Assembly: GCA_039815375.1 (NCBI GenBank) | Contig: JBCBZJ010000002.1 | Span: forward strand, 64,001-128,000 | DNA: 64,000 nt | Source of the DNA: Verrucomicrobiota bacterium | GTDB lineage: Bacteria; Verrucomicrobiota; Verrucomicrobiia; Opitutales; Coraliomargaritaceae | Direction: 5' to 3' | Part shown: positions 58,104 through 64,000 of the stretch, in pieces | Layout of the letters: every line of letters starts with the position of its first letter | How positions within the stretch are numbered: the stretch's first letter is position 1 | The notes under the pieces: model-generated | Told to the model about the DNA's origin: nothing | What the model saw: only the letters and a program-made list of their open reading frames with translations | Database searches by the model: none | Program-made: the position numbers and the translations under genes

Positions 58104-58481
58104 ATGAAAATCGAAAAAGCAGGCTTTATTGCCTTTCCCGCATCCGACTTTGCAGCGTCCATGGTCTTTTATCGGGATCATCTTGGCTTGCCCGTTCTAA
58201 AAGATGGATCGGACGATTTTTCCCGTTTTATACGTTTCGATTGTCCGGGTCTCCAAATCCACGTCTACGAATGGAAGAAAGAGTTTAATCGAGCCCATAC
58301 CGGATTGCAGCTCTACGTGAAAGACGTTGATTCGCTCTACGCTGAACTGAAAGGAAAAGGTGTTCAGTTCAATGGAGCAGTTAGAGATGAACCTTGGGGA
58401 GGCCGTGTTGTTACTGTTAAAGACCCCGACGGTAATCTGTTCGACTTACTGAACATTGATTTCGAAAGAAAGTTTGGATAG
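58104..58481 (+). CDS. VOC/glyoxalase family protein
   Basis: FYRDHLG, VKDVD..YAEL, EPWGGR..DPDGN. Confidence 0.9.
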   Translation: MKIEKAGFIAFPASDFAASMVFYRDHLGLPVLKDGSDDFSRFIRFDCPGLQIHVYEWKKEFNRAHTGLQLYVKDVDSLYAELKGKGVQFNGAVRDEPWGGRVVTVKDPDGNLFDLLNIDFERKFG

Positions 58482-58543
58482 GTTAAATCTCTGGAATCAA
58501 TTCCGTTATGCGCTCCGCTTCGTGATCCAGTTCATCGTTCGAG
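58478..58543 (+). other. Degenerate attC-like site B
   Basis: CTGGAATCA / TGATCCAG inverted pair with one extra base, then GTTCGAG 2 bp before an ATG. Confidence 0.45.
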
Positions 58544-58545
58544 GA

Positions 58546-59156
58546 ATGAAAACTATACCCACTGCGATCATGTAGTAGCAATACTAGTTGGAGTAACTGG
58601 ATGTGTCTCGCGAAAAGGCGTCTATGTTTCGATCCAGAGAATAGAATCTCTTGAAGAATTGATCGGGAGGTATCCTAAGGAAGGGACTCCAAAAGGCAAT
58701 CTAGTCCAAGGTCTGTTCTGGTTACAAAAAGAAATAACGGAAGGTCACCCAGACAGTATACAGTTCGTCGAAAAGAACGGAGAGGTTTACGTTCAGGCAC
58801 TCGATGATCGAAGAGTCGTAGGCGAGTATTTAGCTTCATCCAATCTTAAGATAGAAAATGGAAGAATCCATCTCTTCAGTTGGTCGAAACCACAAGGAAC
58901 AAAAGGAGGCTACGATAAAGGAAATAATCCAGGTGCAATGTCACCAATTCCCGTTCGACCAATGGCAGCACACACGACCCAAAACACATACTTAGCATTA
59001 ACGACAAAAGGAGACATCTGCCTTATCAAGAAGACTGGTTCATTAGGAGTAGTGACAGTCGTTCCGGTAGCGATGCACGAATCTGAATATTCATTGTTCA
59101 GAAAAACTGAAATACTCGAAACAGTCGTTGCAAACAACTCTAATTGTCTACGCTAA
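58546..59156 (+). pseudogene. Lipoprotein gene frameshifted in signal peptide
   Basis: MKTIPTAIM* then other frame VVAILVGVTGC.. continuing into ORF 58659-59156. Confidence 0.6.
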
Positions 59157-59363
59157 TTTTAGTGATGTAAAATCTACTTTAACCAGTATGGTCTAGGTTA
59201 CCTCGGCTTTTTGTGCCTAAGAAGCCCTGTTTTAAGGGACAATAAACTAGCTATCTTAGGATGTTTTACGGCATATTAGGCAGATCTGATGGAATTGGTG
59301 TATTTTACAAGTAGCTTGTTTTTCTTATAACGCGGAGAATTTCAATTGATCCTGTCATGACAT

Positions 59364-59391
59364 AAAAAAAGCGCAGCTTAGGCTGCGCTTT
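59364..59391 (-). terminator. Intrinsic terminator
   Basis: AAAGCGCAGC-N4-GCTGCGCTTT with U7 tract on minus strand. Confidence 0.8.
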
Positions 59392-59412
59392 GGTGTTGGA
59401 TAATTTCTTTTG

Positions 59413-59907
59413 CTAACCCTGAGCACGTTCGCGTGCACGTTGGCCGAGTTGGCGGTAGAAATTCGGGCCGTGGATTTCTCGCATCATCTTACGGCGATGA
59501 TCGACTGCCAGCTTGAAGGCCTTTTTCTCACCATATTTCTTGATGGAAAAAGAAGTGCACTTCTGAATTCCGGGCTCTGGGCGCCAACTTACAGAATAGC
59601 ATTCGTGCTTTGTTCCATTTGGGCCAACCTTGGTTGTGCGGGAGACGCCGAGTTCGCCCGTTGTGTTACGTGAGTCGGAAACGACTATTCGGCGTTGACG
59701 TGGGCGCTTTGGAATCGCTTCAAGTTCATTCGCGAGCTCATCACGGTATGCTTTAGCGAGTTTTTGTGCTTTGCCCTTACCGCCGCATTTACGGTCGCTG
59801 AAGAGCTTTGAGTAGGTTTTCCCATTGCGGTAGCCGCGGACAAACCAACCATGTGTAGAGCCGCTATCGATGCGGCTTATGCCTTTATTTACTTTTGATC
59901 GTGCCAT
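59413..59907 (-). CDS. Tandem AP2-like domain DNA-binding protein
   Basis: GISR..GWFVR..FSD..GG..A..YRD and GVSR..SW..FSIKKYGEKKAFKLA; very basic. Confidence 0.7.
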   Translation of the reverse strand: MARSKVNKGISRIDSGSTHGWFVRGYRNGKTYSKLFSDRKCGGKGKAQKLAKAYRDELANELEAIPKRPRQRRIVVSDSRNTTGELGVSRTTKVGPNGTKHECYSVSWRPEPGIQKCTSFSIKKYGEKKAFKLAVDHRRKMMREIHGPNFYRQLGQRARERAQG

Positions 59908-60067
59908 TGGTATTTTTTGTTCTAGGAGTCATTAATTATGGTGCACGTGCACCAGCGAATATTACGTTACTGTAACAAGAAAACTGTTCGCGACTATGTC
60001 AACTTACAAACCTTTTTTAACTAGGTTGAAAAAATCTCGGTTCAAAGACTAGGGATTCTGATTTTTT

Positions 60068-62404
60068 TTAAGGACTTACCTCAGATAGCCACAGGTGAAG
60101 TCCACTAGTTTTTTGGATGATTCTACTCGATTGGTATTCGGAGTTCAGATGTTTTGAGTATCCTGGTTCTTGGTATCGTTTGCAATGGAGTAGTACTTTT
60201 GCCTTTTGGCCAGGGGCTCGCACAATTCTCCCGAGCGCTTGATGAATCCGGCGCATGGCTGGAATAATGTAGACACGTTCGAATGCTTGTTCTCTGGACA
60301 ACTCTGGATGCGCATCCAATTTGGCTGTCTGGATGGGGCTGACTTCAGGAAGTGCCGGACCTACCATCATAATCGATGCAATACGTCCTCCGAGTTGATC
60401 GATCCCCTCCGCGAAGCTACTGCCAACGATGAGAAAAAGCACGTCGGCCATGATCAGAGATTCGTCAATAAAGGCAATCTGGGCGGGAAGGTCGATGCCT
60501 CGCTGTTGGGAGGCGATACGAATTGAAGGATCGATTGCAGAAAGGTAGGCAGCAATGTTCTCCGCGTATTGGTAAGATGGGAAAAATACCGCGACTGGAT
60601 TCCCCGGACTATGTGCGGCCATCGTTGAAATTGTTCTAGCGGTTTTCTCGTAGTATTTATTGCGATGGCGCAGACGTGTGTCGACGCGGTTGTCGATGGC
60701 AACGTCGTAGGCTGACAACCGCCAATCTGCCTGGCCGATCGCGAAACTTACCTCCTTTTGGGGTAGGCCCATACTAACCATAAAATCTTCGATTGGATCC
60801 AGTGTGGCCGACATCAGGATAGTTGACCCGTAGGCTCTCAGGCAATCTGCAGTCCATTCGCTGGCATCGAGGCAAGTTGCTGCAAAATTCCCGGCTTGTG
60901 GACACCAGTGGAGCCAATGGGAATTCAATTCGTTCAAACGCTGTGTGAGCTCGGGAATTTTCCAAACGGTCTCGAGTGCAAACTGTGCGGTGTTTTCGTA
61001 GTCGAAAATTCCTTCCTGAATCAACTGTTTACATTCTTCCGCCAGGTCGTGGAGATCATATATCTGGTCTGCATTCAGAACCTTGCCTGCAGGTAATAGG
61101 TCAATTGAGTTGGCGAGGGACTCGAGACTTGAAAGCAATCGTCTGCCTGCCCCTGCGGCGCGAAGCTCCTCAACAGCAAATACCAGATCGACTGCGCTAA
61201 AACTAATACTCAGAGCATCCGCGTTACGGGACGGAAGGTTGTGAGCTTCGTCGATGATGACCAAAGTCTTTTTTGCATCAAAGCCATGGACTTCTGTAAA
61301 GACGTGACGACTTGCAGGTGCGAAAAGATAGTTGCTGTCTCCGATCCAGATTTCTGCATGGGGCAGGCATGCCTTTGTCAGCGCGTATGGACATATCCCG
61401 GTTTGGCTACCGAGATCCTTTGCCTGCTGAATGGTGAAGGTTCCATTGGCAAAGAGTTCGGTGGCCTCAAAATCAGCTTCAAGCCAGCTTTGCTCCAAAT
61501 CACGATCACAACGACGGTCTCCGGTGCATTGATGCTTAGGGCTGTCGATTCGGTGCTCGTGACGATTTCGCATTTGAATGAAGCGTATGTTATCGCCGAT
61601 CATTCTGCGAAGCTGTCGTATGGTTTCGACTTGCCCCGTGGATTTACTGGTCAAGTAGAGGCATCGATCAAAAAAGCCTTCCTGCATCTTGCGCAGAGCA
61701 TGTTCGAGGACGATTCCCGTTTTACCAAATCCTGTCGGCGCCTGCATCAGGACCGTTTGATTTGCAAGAGTGGCCGTTTTCAGCTGTTCGATAACCTCAT
61801 TCTGGCCATCGCGGAGAGTTTCGAAAGCAGGTTCAATTTTAAGTTCGTTCAAACGAACCCTGCAGCTCCGCCGATCATTAAGGAAATGGGTCAGTCTTTC
61901 CAACTGATGATCCAACAGAGTTTCTTCTTCCTCACGGATCTGGATGGATTGAGCGGTTCCATCCTCAAGAGTGATGAAAAGAAGTTCTGCGGTCAGAACT
62001 TGTCCCGAGTATTTCGGTAGAAGTCTAGCGAGCTTTAGGTAGGCGGCTGCTTGAGCGAAATATTCGGGATAGGTTTTGGAAAGATCCTCAGGTGCCGCGG
62101 GTAGAGCGCTCTGTATGGTTTTTACTTCGCGAAGGATGGTTTTCCCAGCTTCGGGGATGACCTGGTCGATTCGACCCTTTATCTGAAAAGTCCAGTCGCG
62201 GTGTGTGAAAACGCCTTCGATGTATTCCTCGAAGCGTGCTTCCCGATTCGAAGATCGTGTTTGTTCCGAGGAGAATTGATGCCATTTCTGCCCCAGCGCA
62301 GCCCTCCATATTCCTCCGCCAGTTTGTTGTGACCTCTGATTGCGAAAAGTCGCCAGTTCACCGACGGCCAGTTTGACCGACCTTTCCAATGCATCGATTT
62401 GCAT
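60068..62404 (-). CDS. DinG/Rad3-like helicase with N-terminal PD-(D/E)xK-like domain
   Basis: GRID..REVKT; APTGFGKT, DEAHNL, SATL, FFPSY, EGID, QALGRIVR. Confidence 0.88.
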   Translation of the reverse strand: MQIDALERSVKLAVGELATFRNQRSQQTGGGIWRAALGQKWHQFSSEQTRSSNREARFEEYIEGVFTHRDWTFQIKGRIDQVIPEAGKTILREVKTIQSALPAAPEDLSKTYPEYFAQAAAYLKLARLLPKYSGQVLTAELLFITLEDGTAQSIQIREEEETLLDHQLERLTHFLNDRRSCRVRLNELKIEPAFETLRDGQNEVIEQLKTATLANQTVLMQAPTGFGKTGIVLEHALRKMQEGFFDRCLYLTSKSTGQVETIRQLRRMIGDNIRFIQMRNRHEHRIDSPKHQCTGDRRCDRDLEQSWLEADFEATELFANGTFTIQQAKDLGSQTGICPYALTKACLPHAEIWIGDSNYLFAPASRHVFTEVHGFDAKKTLVIIDEAHNLPSRNADALSISFSAVDLVFAVEELRAAGAGRRLLSSLESLANSIDLLPAGKVLNADQIYDLHDLAEECKQLIQEGIFDYENTAQFALETVWKIPELTQRLNELNSHWLHWCPQAGNFAATCLDASEWTADCLRAYGSTILMSATLDPIEDFMVSMGLPQKEVSFAIGQADWRLSAYDVAIDNRVDTRLRHRNKYYEKTARTISTMAAHSPGNPVAVFFPSYQYAENIAAYLSAIDPSIRIASQQRGIDLPAQIAFIDESLIMADVLFLIVGSSFAEGIDQLGGRIASIMMVGPALPEVSPIQTAKLDAHPELSREQAFERVYIIPAMRRIHQALGRIVRAPGQKAKVLLHCKRYQEPGYSKHLNSEYQSSRIIQKTSGLHLWLSEVSP

Positions 62405-63291
62405 TAGTTTTCCGGCATCGGATTTTGTCTGAGTATCGGTGAGTTACCTGCCGGCATCAAAAACAGGGAGAGGTCGATTGGTTGGTTCGTCTCTATTTTT
62501 TCGAATACAACCTCACCGTAGGGTGAATTTTCTGCAATCAAGTCTATGCTGGTCGGTAGAAGAACTCCGCCTACACGTTTGAACTTTGAAGCGCGGTAGT
62601 CCACATACTCCTGGACGCCAGCGATCTCACTATAGCCGCCCCAGCGCAGGAGCAAAAACGTTTCTTGATCAAAATAGAACCAGGTGCGCTCATCTTCTTT
62701 ACCAAAACCTATGACAATATGGCATTTTCGGATCCCGACTCTGGCCTCACCCTGATATTCGAAAGTGAAATCACTGATTGAGGGCTGAACAAGAGGCTGA
62801 ACAAGCCACCGATGATTAGAGAAATGAATTCCTTCCAAGCTATCAGATTCCTCAGGGTCCAGAAGCTTGGGTTTAGTTTCTCTTTTCCATACTGTTTCGC
62901 CGTCGTAAGCTTGTATGTGCTCGTAACTGCGGCCACGGAACTGCCAGATTAGTCGAAGGTATCTTTTTCCGTCCTGCGATTCGACAAGCTCAAACTGTTT
63001 GTGTTGGCTGGCTTCCCTGAGGGTGCCCGAAGCGACCACGTTTCTGAGATTTTGATAAGCTTCAGTCCCGCCTGTGACCGTCAGGAAGTTATCCACCAAC
63101 TGTTGGCTCGCCGCATCGGATGCTACTGGTCGCAAGACTTTTTTTTGAGCGTTGATGTCTGGAACACTTTCAACTACTTTTTCCTGTCCGGATACAGAGA
63201 AAGCCAGAACAAGCCCGGTTAAAAAGATGAATCCAGTGCTCGCTCTAATCTTCCACAGACCGGTAGGTAGATCAAAATTTAGAGTTTTCAT
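62404..63291 (-). CDS. Exported hypothetical protein
   Basis: N-terminal hydrophobic signal; GG.EAY, YDGET.W, YFDQET.LL, N.PID..LF.MP. Confidence 0.65.
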   Translation of the reverse strand: MKTLNFDLPTGLWKIRASTGFIFLTGLVLAFSVSGQEKVVESVPDINAQKKVLRPVASDAASQQLVDNFLTVTGGTEAYQNLRNVVASGTLREASQHKQFELVESQDGKRYLRLIWQFRGRSYEHIQAYDGETVWKRETKPKLLDPEESDSLEGIHFSNHRWLVQPLVQPSISDFTFEYQGEARVGIRKCHIVIGFGKEDERTWFYFDQETFLLLRWGGYSEIAGVQEYVDYRASKFKRVGGVLLPTSIDLIAENSPYGEVVFEKIETNQPIDLSLFLMPAGNSPILRQNPMPEN

Positions 63292-63347
63292 AAGTTGGGG
63301 GTGGACTATGTTCCGCCAACTCTTGAACCTCAACTCGATTTAATAAC

Positions 63348-64000
63348 ATGCATATTCTTATTACAGGTGGAGCAGGCTTTCTTGGTAGTCATTTATGTGA
63401 CCGTCTTCTTGCAGAGGGCCATGAAATTATTTGTCTTGATAATTTTTTTACCGGTCGAAAGCAGAACATTCTGCACTTACTGGAAAACCCGAATTTCGAG
63501 CTCGTCCGCCACGACGTGATTGATCCGTTCAAAGCGGAAGTGGATCAAATTTATAACCTCGCTTGTCCCGCATCGCCAATTCACTACCAATACAACGCAA
63601 TCAAGACGATCAAGACCTCGGTCATGGGGGCGATTAATTGCCTTGGGCTGGCCAAACGGACGAGGGCCCGAATCTTTCAGGCCTCAACTTCCGAAGTCTA
63701 CGGTGATCCTGACGTGCACCCGCAACCGGAAGAATACTGGGGCAATGTGAACCCGATTGGCATTCGCTCTTGCTACGACGAGGGTAAGCGATGCGCGGAA
63801 ACCCTCTTCATGGATTATCACCGCCAGAACAAGGTCGATGTTCGTATTGTTCGTATCTTCAATACTTATGGTCCACGTATGTGCCCGGATGACGGACGTG
63901 TCGTTTCTAATTTTATCGTTCAGGCACTTCAAGGTAAGGATATCACCGTCTATGGTGAGGGGCAGCAAACGCGTTCATTTTGCTACGTTGACGATCTGAT
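63348..64000 (+). CDS. UDP-glucuronate decarboxylase family SDR (runs off window)
   Basis: [52 protein letters not shown]; absent from ORF track because no stop in window. Confidence 0.93.
   Translation, partial: MHILITGGAGFLGSHLCDRLLAEGHEIICLDNFFTGRKQNILHLLENPNFELVRHDVIDPFKAEVDQIYNLACPASPIHYQYNAIKTIKTSVMGAINCLGLAKRTRARIFQASTSEVYGDPDVHPQPEEYWGNVNPIGIRSCYDEGKRCAETLFMDYHRQNKVDVRIVRIFNTYGPRMCPDDGRVVSNFIVQALQGKDITVYGEGQQTRSFCYVDDL

Overview
Bacterial chromosomal window, most likely from a marine Verrucomicrobiota/Opitutales-like genome (inferred from PEP-CTERM proteins, sulfatases and a Minf_1886-like PVC protein). 1-14.3 kb: PA14 gene end, ECF sigma/RskA pair, arylsulfatase, ThuA, GH-A-like hydrolase, DUF72, two PEP-CTERM proteins, and a divergent TPR/GT41 glycosyltransferase. 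14.3-30.2 kb: a hypervariable island downstream of purL, with single-gene cassettes (LpxR, vapBC, sulfatase, amine oxidase, lipoproteins, KAP NTPase) separated by gene debris. That debris includes five same-strand copies of a radC 3' end, RAYT-like transposase C-terminal remnants, a duplicated ~870 bp unit and palindromic repeats. purL is GC-rich and carries three in-frame GTAG-REP-like palindromic insertions, the most striking observation. 39-46 kb: cyanate-utilisation cluster (LysR, sigma54 site, NasS-like protein, ABC transporter, cynS, tatA, DUF1348-like). 46-64 kb: core genes (argCJBDF, rplM-rpsI, rpoZ, smpB, thrB, M16 peptidase, DinG-like helicase, uxs), plus two small cassettes flanked by decayed attC-like sites and a standalone tandem-AP2 protein. 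All family calls come from motif recognition only; no searches were run.
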